From a virus (Duplodnaviria > Caudoviricetes), in the IMG/VR virus record IMGVR_UViG_3300012943_000046, positions 1-38,244 of that record: a DNA stretch of 38,244 bases. The stretch is one strand, 5' to 3'. The notes under the pieces were generated by a model. The model saw only the letters and a list, made by a program, of their open reading frames with translations. It was not told the origin of the DNA and did no database searches. Shown here piece by piece: positions 26,471-35,596 of the stretch. Position 1 is the stretch's first letter; each line of letters opens with the position of its first letter. The position numbers and the translations under genes were made by a program.

Positions 26471-27652
26471 ATGAACCTCGCTCTCGAACCTCTCGGCCCG
26501 GCAGTCGTCAAACACCGTGGCATCAAGCTCGATTTCCGCGGCGGCCTCACCGCCACGCCGCTCTCCGAAATCTTCCCGGTGGAGTCCGACGCCTACGGCC
26601 CGCTGGACCTCCGCGCCCTGGCGAACTCGTATGTGATCACGGGGACGCCGCTCGGGGTCTATACTCTCGCACAGCTCAATGTCCTCTACCGGTTCCGCCG
26701 CAACACACCGGGTCAGCTGATCACGCCGCGCCACGATGTGGCTTCGGTGGATGCCGATGCGGACACGCTGACGCTGATTGGTAGTTCGCGGCCGCGCCTC
26801 GGTTGCCCGGTGCGCATCGCCGCGTTCCCCGCCGATACCCTGCCGGGAGGCCTCGATGCCGCGACCCTCTATTATGTCGGCCACCCGGAAGGCTCGGAGG
26901 AGGACGTGATCAGCTTCCATCCCACTGAAGCGGACGCGGAAGGCGCGACCAACAAGGTCGCCATCGCGGATGCGGGCACGGGGGACTTCGGGCTGATCGA
27001 GCAAGAGACAACGGTGATTCACACCTACCAGAATCGGAAGATCACGCTGCATAACTCCGCGATCTCCGCGCCGCCGCCTGCGGCCTTGTCGGCCGTGCAG
27101 ACCATCCTGGGCCAGATGGCCTTCATGGCCTTCATCAAGGAAGGTGCCGACTGGGAGGACGCGAATTCGCTCTATACGGTCACGAAGGAAGCCCTGGTGG
27201 ATGTCCCCCCGGCCGCGACCGACATCCCGACCAAGGACTTCAGCTGCAGCTTCGGACCGACGCCGTTCGACAGTTTCAAGAGCCGCGGGCCGGTGACGAT
27301 CTCACCCAGCTACAATCTCACGCCCATCACCACGGATGCCCGCGGCCAGGTTGGCATGATGCTCAGCGGCGTCGCCGCCACCGCGACCCTCACGCCCCAG
27401 GGCTTCAAGGAATCGCAACTGCAGGACCTGCTCAAGATGCAGGGCGCCGGCGCCGGCATCGGCAAGTCGAAGGTCCGCGGCGATCTCATCGCCCAGGCCG
27501 CCGGCGTGTACGTTGCGCTGCGCAACGGAGCGCCGCGCACGCTGCCGCAGACGTTCAGCAACGGGCCGCGCGCGGGCGAACTGGCCATTACCGGCCACGC
27601 GACGCCCGGTCAGGATCTGTTTTATCTCGGCACCGCGGCCCCGACCTCCTGA
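26471..27652 (+). CDS. major tail (tube) protein with inserted accessory domain
   Basis: Position after neck genes; insert GCPVR...TLPGGL...LYYV...ISFHPTEADA; no sheath gene nearby. Confidence 0.6.
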   Translation: MNLALEPLGPAVVKHRGIKLDFRGGLTATPLSEIFPVESDAYGPLDLRALANSYVITGTPLGVYTLAQLNVLYRFRRNTPGQLITPRHDVASVDADADTLTLIGSSRPRLGCPVRIAAFPADTLPGGLDAATLYYVGHPEGSEEDVISFHPTEADAEGATNKVAIADAGTGDFGLIEQETTVIHTYQNRKITLHNSAISAPPPAALSAVQTILGQMAFMAFIKEGADWEDANSLYTVTKEALVDVPPAATDIPTKDFSCSFGPTPFDSFKSRGPVTISPSYNLTPITTDARGQVGMMLSGVAATATLTPQGFKESQLQDLLKMQGAGAGIGKSKVRGDLIAQAAGVYVALRNGAPRTLPQTFSNGPRAGELAITGHATPGQDLFYLGTAAPTS

Positions 27653-27676
27653 GCAACCGCACCTCCGCCCTCCCTT

Positions 27677-28342
27677 GTGCGCGTCCTCTACTCAACCACG
27701 CTGCTCGCATCGCCCTCCCTGGCGCTTGGCCGGGTCGGGCCTTTCGAACTCACCGGCCCGTCGGGCGAGTGCATTGTCGATGAGTTCAGCTTCATGCGCG
27801 CGGACTTCGCGACGCTCTACGCGCGCGGCCGCAAGCCAAAGCAGTTCTCGTTCAAGGTCACCGCGCTGTTCGCCTCGGAGGCGGCACTCCTCTATTTCCT
27901 CGCCACGCATGAGGACATCCTGCCCAAGCAGGCCGACCTCACGCTCATCGATGATGACGCCGCCGTTGCCCTGGTCATGGCGGATGCCGTCGTCAACGTG
28001 CAGGTCAGCCAGGTGCGCGGCGTCGCATGCGAGGTCACCTATAACTTCCGCGGGTCACGCTTCACCAGTGAGGACGTGCCCGAGGATCTCGAAGAGGACA
28101 CAGACCGCATGAAAGTCGGAGTCGCCAACCTCGCCGAGGGCGACGAATCGAAAGCGATCGTCTTCGACAATCCTTTCGCGTCCGCCCCGCGCGGCATCGT
28201 CGTCACGCTCATCAAGCCGATCGGCGGCGACGGTTTCCGCGTCGATCTGGAGGACGACATCACCGAGGCCGGCTTCACCGTGAAGCTCGGCGCGGCCGTG
28301 CCGGCCTCCGGCTACAAGCTCTCCTGGACCGCCATCCTTTAG
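27677..28342 (+). CDS. tail protein with C-terminal H-type-lectin-like domain
   Basis: IVFDNPFASAP...VTL...ITEAGFTV...SWTAI. Confidence 0.6.
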   Translation: MRVLYSTTLLASPSLALGRVGPFELTGPSGECIVDEFSFMRADFATLYARGRKPKQFSFKVTALFASEAALLYFLATHEDILPKQADLTLIDDDAAVALVMADAVVNVQVSQVRGVACEVTYNFRGSRFTSEDVPEDLEEDTDRMKVGVANLAEGDESKAIVFDNPFASAPRGIVVTLIKPIGGDGFRVDLEDDITEAGFTVKLGAAVPASGYKLSWTAIL

Positions 28343-28344
28343 CC

Positions 28345-29838
28345 ATGAAAAAACTCCTTACTGTCCTCTGTCTTCTGTCCCCTGTCCTCTGCCAAGCCGA
28401 CATCATCGGCGACCTCAACGTGCAGAAGACCCTGCGCGTCGGCACCGCCACCGCCGGCACGATCGCGCCGGCGCAGATCACGTCTGACCAGGACGACTAT
28501 GCGCCGACCGGCTACGCGGCCGCGTTCGAACTCCTCTTGAGCACCGACGCAGCGCGCACGCTCACCGGCCTGGCCGCCGGGGCCGACAAGGAGATCAAGT
28601 TGGTCACCAACACCGGCAGCTTCGACCTCGTGCTCGCCGATGAGTCCGGCTCGAGCACGGAGGAGAATCGCTTTGACCTGGCTGACGATGTCACGGTCGG
28701 GCCGCATTCCTCCGTTCTCCTGCGTTACTACGCCGGTGCGGTTGATCGGTGGCGTGTCATCGGCGGCGCCGGCGGCGGTGGCGGTGGCAGCGTCACCGAT
28801 GCGGCCGCCGTCCACGTCGACGTGGCGGCCGAGATCTCCGGCGTCGCGAACAAGGCCACGCCCGTCGTCGGTGACTATCTGCTGATTGAAGACTCCGCCG
28901 ATTCCGACGCGAAGAAGTCGATCACGATCGGCAGCCTGGAGACCGCGCTCGAAGGGATCCTCGATCTGCCCGACCTACAGGGCGTGCTCACCGGTGCAAA
29001 GGGTGGCACCAACGCCGCCAACACCGGCCGCACGATCACGGTCGCCGGCGACTTCACGCTGAGCGGCGCGAACTCGCTGACGCTGACCACGACCGGCACG
29101 ACGAGCCTGACGCTTCCGACTAGCGGCACGCTGCTTTCGGACGCTGCGGCCGTTACTGTTCCCCAGGGTGGGACGGGCCGGGTGACCGGGACCACGGCTT
29201 ACGGCCTGATTGCTGCGGGTACAACGGCCACTGGCGCCCAGCAGACGCTCGCCGCCGGTACCACCGGCCAGATTCTCGTTGGTGGCGGCGCGAGTGCTTT
29301 GCCGGTTTGGACGACCGCAACCGGCACGGGCGCGCCTGTTCGCGCGGATAGCCCAACCTTCACGACGGCGGTGACGGTTAGCGGCAACCTGGATGCAGGC
29401 ACGATCCGCGCCGCGACGGCGACCGGCGTTAAGTTGATCTCGTCGGATGCGAACGGCGTCGGCTTTGCGCTGATCACCCCTAGCGGTACAGCCACTCAAT
29501 CGAACTTCATCCTCTACGCTGGCGCGGATACAGCCAACACCAATTTCCTCAACATAAAGGCAAACACAGGCGAGACGCATATCGATTCGGGCAAAGCAGG
29601 CACCGGGACTGCTCAAGCGCTCAATCTGAAAGTCTCTGGATTCACGATAGCATCGCTCACATCTAGTGGCTTGGCTGTGACCGGTGTGATTTCCACTTCC
29701 GCCCCGAGCGGAGGCACGTCCGCTAACTGGAAGCTCGGCACCGTCGACTCCGTTACTCTCACCAGCCCCAATCGCAGCGTCGAAGTGGAGGTCGGCGGGA
29801 CCACCCTCTACATCCCCGCGAAAACCACGAAGGACTGA
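28345..29838 (+). CDS. tail fibre-like protein with N-terminal signal peptide
   Basis: Gly/Thr/Ala-rich, GGT repeats (GAKGGTN, VPQGGTG), poly-Gly linker; MKKLLTVLCLLSPVLCQA-D. Confidence 0.75.
   Translation: MKKLLTVLCLLSPVLCQADIIGDLNVQKTLRVGTATAGTIAPAQITSDQDDYAPTGYAAAFELLLSTDAARTLTGLAAGADKEIKLVTNTGSFDLVLADESGSSTEENRFDLADDVTVGPHSSVLLRYYAGAVDRWRVIGGAGGGGGGSVTDAAAVHVDVAAEISGVANKATPVVGDYLLIEDSADSDAKKSITIGSLETALEGILDLPDLQGVLTGAKGGTNAANTGRTITVAGDFTLSGANSLTLTTTGTTSLTLPTSGTLLSDAAAVTVPQGGTGRVTGTTAYGLIAAGTTATGAQQTLAAGTTGQILVGGGASALPVWTTATGTGAPVRADSPTFTTAVTVSGNLDAGTIRAATATGVKLISSDANGVGFALITPSGTATQSNFILYAGADTANTNFLNIKANTGETHIDSGKAGTGTAQALNLKVSGFTIASLTSSGLAVTGVISTSAPSGGTSANWKLGTVDSVTLTSPNRSVEVEVGGTTLYIPAKTTKD
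28361..28391 (+). repeat. heptamer tandem repeat CTGTC(C/T)(T/C) x4 in the signal-peptide coding region
   Basis: CTGTCCT CTGTCTT CTGTCCC CTGTCCT CTG. Confidence 0.8.
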
Positions 29839-29841
29839 CCC

Positions 29842-30273
29842 GTGAATCTCCGCCTCTCGTTTCTCATCCTGCTCCTCGCTCCCTGCTCCTTGCTCCACGC
29901 TGACAAGGTCGCCCTCACCCGCGCGCAAGCCTCGGAACTCTACGTCGCCCTCGCCACCACCGAGGCCGGTCTCTCGCCGGCGAACACCGTCGCCGCGGCC
30001 GACAACCTCAACGCGCTGCGCCCGCACGTCGAATCCCTGGACAAGGGCAAGGTCGCCTACCAGCGCGCGCTGCGCGCCCTGGCAAAGTCCCAGCCGGCCG
30101 ACGCCGAACTGCAGGTCCAAAAGCTCACCGCTGAACTCGAAGGCACGGCCGAAGCCCAGATCAAGGTCGACCTCGCCGCGCTCAACCTGAGCGACGAGGA
30201 AATCGCGAACGCGAAGGTGAAGCCCGCCGGGCTCGCCGTGATCCGTCGCTGGCTCCTGCCGCAGAAGAAATAG
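29842..30273 (+). CDS. putative fibre/tail chaperone with signal peptide
   Basis: MNLRLSFLILLLAPCSLLHA-D; helical body; lies between fibre and tape measure. Confidence 0.6.
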   Translation: MNLRLSFLILLLAPCSLLHADKVALTRAQASELYVALATTEAGLSPANTVAAADNLNALRPHVESLDKGKVAYQRALRALAKSQPADAELQVQKLTAELEGTAEAQIKVDLAALNLSDEEIANAKVKPAGLAVIRRWLLPQKK

Positions 30274-30303
30274 GCCGGGCCCGCCGCCTTCGCCCTCCGC
30301 TCC

Positions 30304-31914
30304 ATGGCCGACCAGCTCTCCCTCGAGATCCTGATCAAGACGATCGCGGACACGCGCGGCATCGTCACGACGAAGGATCAGGTCGCGGCCCTGGCCAAGG
30401 AAATGGATGCGGCGGCCGCCGCTACCGGCCGGCTCGACACCTCCGCAGACAAGATTGCAGCGTCCCTGCAGGGCGCCGGCAAGGCGGCTGAAACCAGCAC
30501 GCAGGCGACGGACACCTTTGGGCGCGCGTTGGAGCGGATCGAGAAGCAAGGCAGCGGAGTGACGGACCAGATGAAGGAGCAGGCGAAAGAGACCCTGCGG
30601 AACATCGACGCCACGGATCGGAACGCCAAGTCGGCCGAGTCCCTCGCCAAGAGCCTCAACGGCGCCAAGCTGGGCTTTTCCGGCGTGCGCGACGTGGTCA
30701 GCGGCGGGCTCAATGGCAATCTCCTGCAGGTCGGCGAGGGATTTCTAAAGATCAGCAAGGCATCGGCGGAGGCCACGCCGAGACTCGCATCGCTTTTTGC
30801 CCAGCTCGCTCGTGGCGCCGGCGCCGGTGCGGCCGTCGCGGCTCCGCTCGCGATCGCAACCGCCGCAGTGAACCAATATGCGGACGACGTTATCGCCGCC
30901 AATCAGCGCATCCTCGACAACGCGGCATCCTCGGCCGCCCAGCGCAAGAAGCTCCTCGAGGAAGAGACCGCGGCCGTCGTCGCCGAATACGCCAAGCAGA
31001 TCAAAGCGGCGAACGACGCCGCGACTGCCGCCGAGGAGGCGCAGAAGCGGATCGATGCGTCCTACTCCCGCGCGGACAAGAAGCGCGACCCCGAGCGCAG
31101 CCTGCGCGACACCACGCTCGACATCGAGGAGAAGCGCGCCCTGGAGAAGGCCGCGACTCCCGAACAGCGCGAAAAGATCAGCCGCGACTTTGCCCGTCGG
31201 CGCGACGCCAACAAGGCGAGCGACCAGTTCGCCGATCTCAACACCTCCGACTTCGAAGGAGCGACCAAAACCCGCGCGGCCGAGGAAGCGATCCGTGCCG
31301 CCCAGCAGCGCAATGATGAGCTCCGCGCCGGCGTCTCCAGCGCCGAGATCGATTACGAAAACAAACGCTCCGCGGCCGCGAGCTTCGGCGCATCCGACAC
31401 CGGCGTCGCTGCCGAGCGCGCCCGCAAGGAGGCCTTCGACGCGAAAGCCAAGCTCGAGACCGCGCGCGGCAAAGCTGACGAGGGCTACGAGGCGAACTCC
31501 AACGTCATCCAGACGCAGCAGGCTATTATCGACCAGGCCAAGGACACCAAGGAGATCGTCGCCATCCAGCGCGAGATCCTGAAGGCGACCCTCGCCCAGA
31601 AATCGCACGAGTCCAGCGGCAAGGGCGCCACGTCCGAAGACAAGAAGGATGCCGCTGCGATCGACGCGGTCATCGCGCAAGACGTGGCCGCGCCCGCAAC
31701 CAAATCAAAGGGCTCCGGCGGCACGATCACGCGCGGCGGACAGACCTACGCGGTCAGCGATTCTGCATCCGTGGAGCGCGCGGTGAACGCGGCCGGTTCA
31801 GCGATCGCCACGACGTTGGACTCGGTCGGCAAGTTCGCGAAGACCGTCAGCGACAAGAGCGCCAAGCTCGATGAGCGCCTCGCGATCGAGCGCGAGCGCG
31901 CCGCCGGCGGCTGA
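30304..31914 (+). CDS. tape measure protein
   Basis: LEILIKTIAD N-terminus, Ala/Lys-rich helical 536 aa, central hydrophobic patch. Confidence 0.8.
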   Translation: MADQLSLEILIKTIADTRGIVTTKDQVAALAKEMDAAAAATGRLDTSADKIAASLQGAGKAAETSTQATDTFGRALERIEKQGSGVTDQMKEQAKETLRNIDATDRNAKSAESLAKSLNGAKLGFSGVRDVVSGGLNGNLLQVGEGFLKISKASAEATPRLASLFAQLARGAGAGAAVAAPLAIATAAVNQYADDVIAANQRILDNAASSAAQRKKLLEEETAAVVAEYAKQIKAANDAATAAEEAQKRIDASYSRADKKRDPERSLRDTTLDIEEKRALEKAATPEQREKISRDFARRRDANKASDQFADLNTSDFEGATKTRAAEEAIRAAQQRNDELRAGVSSAEIDYENKRSAAASFGASDTGVAAERARKEAFDAKAKLETARGKADEGYEANSNVIQTQQAIIDQAKDTKEIVAIQREILKATLAQKSHESSGKGATSEDKKDAAAIDAVIAQDVAAPATKSKGSGGTITRGGQTYAVSDSASVERAVNAAGSAIATTLDSVGKFAKTVSDKSAKLDERLAIERERAAGG

Positions 31915-31922
31915 TCCCGACC

Positions 31923-33308
31923 ATGGCCTCATCCCTCTGGAAAATCCGTTACGGTGGCGTCACGAAGACAGCCGAAGCGTGGGGCGCAGTCGGCCTGGAG
32001 CTCAGCCGCCGCAACATGGCGGCCGACCAGCTCGTCTTCCGGTGCCCGCGCCAGAATATTTTCGATGCTTGTCCCTTCGCCTACGATCAGCCGCTGGTGT
32101 TGCTCCGGGGCAGCACGACGTATTTTTCCGGGCGGGTGCAGCCTCCCACGGCGTCGGTGGATGGCGAGAGCGGCCGCGAGTCCTGGACCATCACGGTAGC
32201 CGGTCCCTGGGCAATGCTGGAGCGCATCGTCTATCAGCAGCGGCGCACGCTGAAGACCGAAGACTTCTCCGGGCTCCTCATGCGCTACACGCCGCAGGTC
32301 GTGCTCGGACAGGACGCATGGGGAAGGAAGAGCACGACCGACGCGACGATCGCCGACATCGCGGCCTATGCCCTGACCCAGATGAGCGGGATCTTCATCG
32401 TCAGCGCGCTCGCCGACGGCATCACCCCGCCGCTCACCGAAGCCGCCAACCTTACGTGCGCGGCCGCCATTCGCAGGCAGCTCGAATGGACACCGGACGC
32501 GGCCACGTGGTTCAACTACGCGACGACGCCGGCGCCAACCCTTGTCATCCAACGGCGCGCGGCGATGTCCGCGCTCGCGATCGATCTCGATGACAAGCGC
32601 CTCACGGGGCTTAGCTCACTGCGCCGGCGTGATGACCTGGTGCCGGCAGGCGTCGTCTTCACCTTCAACGGACTGGAACTCAATGCGCTCGACTCGACCT
32701 GGTACCCGCGCGCGTTCGACGACACCGCCGGCGCCGTCGCCGGCGTCGACGTGATCTTCGCCGCCTTCACCCTGGCCAACCAGGGCACCGATCAGGCCGA
32801 GGCCGTGCCTTACGGTCTCGCGGCCGCCTACTATGCGTCGCTCGCGACTGCCTTCTGGGAAGGCCAGCTGGCGCACGTCGATGAGAGCGGCGAATGCACC
32901 GGGTTCGCGCGTCCTGGCCAGCTGCTCAACCTGCTCAACGGAAACCCCGATTGGAGCGCGATGGCGGCGCAGATCAATTCGGTCACCGAGGACATCGATC
33001 GCGGCATTACCACGATCACCCTCGGCCTGCCGCCGATCCTCAGCGCATACGATTTCCGGGACCTCATGAGCAAGGCCCAGAACTCGAAGGCGGCGAGCGA
33101 CGACACGGCGAAGCGGCACAACGGCACGGAAGGCGTGCCCGCGGAGAATGGCGGGCCCGGCGGCGCGCCCGACGTTTCGCCAGGAGATCGCACGGGCAAC
33201 GGCGGCGCCGGGAGTTCGAGTCAGATCACCGGCGCGGGCAACTCTACCTTCACGGCGGAGTTCTGCGTCGATGGTCAACCCGTGAAGAAAACCGTGATCG
33301 GAGCCTAG
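31923..33308 (+). CDS. tail tip/hub-like protein
   Basis: Follows tape measure; YFSGRV, ITVAGPW, WEGQL...PGQLLNL...INSVTEDI...TTITLG. Confidence 0.65.
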   Translation: MASSLWKIRYGGVTKTAEAWGAVGLELSRRNMAADQLVFRCPRQNIFDACPFAYDQPLVLLRGSTTYFSGRVQPPTASVDGESGRESWTITVAGPWAMLERIVYQQRRTLKTEDFSGLLMRYTPQVVLGQDAWGRKSTTDATIADIAAYALTQMSGIFIVSALADGITPPLTEAANLTCAAAIRRQLEWTPDAATWFNYATTPAPTLVIQRRAAMSALAIDLDDKRLTGLSSLRRRDDLVPAGVVFTFNGLELNALDSTWYPRAFDDTAGAVAGVDVIFAAFTLANQGTDQAEAVPYGLAAAYYASLATAFWEGQLAHVDESGECTGFARPGQLLNLLNGNPDWSAMAAQINSVTEDIDRGITTITLGLPPILSAYDFRDLMSKAQNSKAASDDTAKRHNGTEGVPAENGGPGGAPDVSPGDRTGNGGAGSSSQITGAGNSTFTAEFCVDGQPVKKTVIGA

Positions 33309-33310
33309 CC

Positions 33311-35125
33311 GTGGCGATCGTGAACAAAACCGGATGCTGCGATTGCGGCCAGTTGGTCGACGCCTGCAGCTGCGGCGCGGCGAAAGGTACGACGGAATGC
33401 CGCTTCAAAAGTGGCGCGGCCGAGATCTGCGGAATCCCGGAATTCGCGGATCCGCCCGAACACTGGTTCCGCCGCCGCCAGACGACGGGGACCATGACGC
33501 TCTCTCGCTACCTCGACAGCGTATGCTCCGGGGAAATTTCGGTGAGCGCCGGACTGGAGTGCCGCAGCAAGGAGAGCACCGGCACGCTCATCGGATTTAG
33601 CGAGTTTGGCTTCGATGGGCTCGCGCCCTCTGATCCTCCGAGGAAGTACCGGCGGAAGGTGGTCGCCGGCCGGATCTATTCGTGCCAGTATGGCGGCAGC
33701 CTGTTTAGCTGCCACGGCAACAATGTGCTTTCGCAGCGCGCCGAGTATGAACTCAGCGGCGCGGCCGAATACGACAAAGATACCGCAGCCTTCAGCAACG
33801 CGATGGTCTCAAAGCTATATCGCGTAGATTCCCCAGGGGTGGATTGCGGTGCCGCCGCGGGCTTGGTCACACTGAATTCCACCGAGGGGGTTTCATCGGA
33901 CTTCCCAACGAACTCCTCGAATTGGCCCAGCAATTTCCCCGGTGGCACCGTGGCATGCACGAGCACCCAGCTCTCCGCTCCGCTCGTATGGTCGGCGGGT
34001 CTTACTGAGGCGGTGTTTGGTAATGCTGGCGATTGCGTCTCGTGTGGAGGGACCACGGCTGGCCCGACCCGCGGGATCGTCTCGACTCCGATCACCACGA
34101 CGCTGGATGAGGAGGACACCGAGCAAGATGCGATCGACCGTGCAGGCGGCGAGATGGACTGGGGCGGCGCCGGAGACTGCAGCTCGCAGTACACCTATAA
34201 GGACACGCGGGGATCCGGGGATTTTTCCTTCGGCTTCCGCCAAGTCCAATCCCGCATAGTCGTGAGCAGTGGCTTGACCAGCGGCGCCAACTACGAGGGC
34301 CGGATCATCGTCGGCAAACGCACGGCCGGATCGATGGGGTCCTTCGTCGACACCGGGACGCCAATCATGGTTTTTTTCACGGCTTCCGGCTCGGGCCACA
34401 CCTCCGACTGGCAGGATCTGCCGCAGGAAGACGGCTTCGAATATCAGGCCATCGGCGTCGAGGTGTATGGAGAGATCGCGACCCTCACGGTCGACGCCTG
34501 GGACATCGAAGAGGTGTACAATTCGGGGACGTGCGTTCAGGCGTTGGATAATAACTCAACCCGCACGGTCGACGGCGATCCTGGCGACGATTCCGTCTTT
34601 GATGATATTCCGCCCGACGTTTATGGGGGCCTCGCCGGCGTGAGCACCTCGCCGACCATCCGCACCACCACCGGGAACGATACCTGCCTCAGCGATGGCT
34701 TGGGTAGCTACGTGCAAGCGAACGGCACCGTGCAGGAACAGCTCAGCGACGAGGACACCGACCAGGACGCGGCCACGCGGGCGATGAATGGGATCACCGA
34801 CTGGATCGGCGGCGGGTGTGACCTGCCGGCCTTCATCACGGGCCGCACGCCGGGCAACAAAGTCTTTGGCTTTCGATGGCTCAATGTGCGCGGCCAGCTG
34901 CAGAATGCCCACCCTGGCGGAGGCGCCCCATCGAAGACATATCACCTCACCTGGAAGATCTATCGGCGGCAAAACGGCTCCAGCCTGGCCTATCAATATT
35001 ACGGCGACCTCGTCCAGGAGGTCACGGTCACCACCCCTGTCCATACAACGGACTGGATCGACGTGCCGAACGAAGCCGGCTGGGACACCAAGGTCGGAGC
35101 GCTCACGGTCACCCTGGTCGCATGA
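33311..35125 (+). CDS. cysteine-rich tail tip/receptor-binding protein with nested internal duplication
   Basis: GTG 33311; 604 aa, 19 Cys by hand count, N-terminal GCCDC...CSC; no signal peptide. Confidence 0.7.
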   Translation: MAIVNKTGCCDCGQLVDACSCGAAKGTTECRFKSGAAEICGIPEFADPPEHWFRRRQTTGTMTLSRYLDSVCSGEISVSAGLECRSKESTGTLIGFSEFGFDGLAPSDPPRKYRRKVVAGRIYSCQYGGSLFSCHGNNVLSQRAEYELSGAAEYDKDTAAFSNAMVSKLYRVDSPGVDCGAAAGLVTLNSTEGVSSDFPTNSSNWPSNFPGGTVACTSTQLSAPLVWSAGLTEAVFGNAGDCVSCGGTTAGPTRGIVSTPITTTLDEEDTEQDAIDRAGGEMDWGGAGDCSSQYTYKDTRGSGDFSFGFRQVQSRIVVSSGLTSGANYEGRIIVGKRTAGSMGSFVDTGTPIMVFFTASGSGHTSDWQDLPQEDGFEYQAIGVEVYGEIATLTVDAWDIEEVYNSGTCVQALDNNSTRTVDGDPGDDSVFDDIPPDVYGGLAGVSTSPTIRTTTGNDTCLSDGLGSYVQANGTVQEQLSDEDTDQDAATRAMNGITDWIGGGCDLPAFITGRTPGNKVFGFRWLNVRGQLQNAHPGGGAPSKTYHLTWKIYRRQNGSSLAYQYYGDLVQEVTVTTPVHTTDWIDVPNEAGWDTKVGALTVTLVA

Positions 35126-35544
35126 GCACAGTCTGGTTCAACGTCCGCAACCCCGCCCTGCAAAAGCAGGCGCCCGCCGCCCGCCCGACCGTGGCCCAGA
35201 TGATGAGGCAAGCCATCGCGGAAGGCATGCGGCCGGCTTTCGGCGGCGCAGAAATCTGGGCTGCCTGGCACCGCCGAGCCCTGGCATGGGAAGGCGGTGA
35301 TGACACCCCCTGGATCGCAGCCAACGTCCTCAGCCGACTCCCGTGCGGCGAATGCAGCAAGCACGCCAAGGCCTGGCTGCAAACGAACCCCCCTCAGTTC
35401 GAGGCCTACGCCTACTTCGCCTGGACCGTCCGGTTTCACAACGCCGTCAACGAGCGCCTGGGGAGGCCAGTCTGGACCCCGATCGAGGCCCGCGACCACT
35501 GGTCCTGCAAGGCCGGTTCCTTGACATTGCAGGGGCCGGTTTAG
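35122..35544 (+). CDS. Erv1/ALR-family FAD-dependent sulfhydryl oxidase
   Basis: ATG 35122 overlaps the upstream TGA; GAEIWAAWH, LPCGECSKH (CxxC), WTVRFHNAVNERLGRP. Confidence 0.88.
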   Translation: MSTVWFNVRNPALQKQAPAARPTVAQMMRQAIAEGMRPAFGGAEIWAAWHRRALAWEGGDDTPWIAANVLSRLPCGECSKHAKAWLQTNPPQFEAYAYFAWTVRFHNAVNERLGRPVWTPIEARDHWSCKAGSLTLQGPV

Positions 35545-35596
35545 ACCCTTGCAAACCCCTCCGGCCGCGCCCCCGCGCGCGCCGGCCAAAGGGCTT

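Noticed and set aside
27652-30304. Tail assembly chaperone programmed frameshift before the tape measure gene
   Set aside because: No convincing XXXYYYZ slippery site or overlapping second frame seen
22900-32790. LANQ motifs in the KpsC/S-like protein and the hub protein as further protease sites
   Set aside because: Single mid-domain occurrences without the Glu; likely chance
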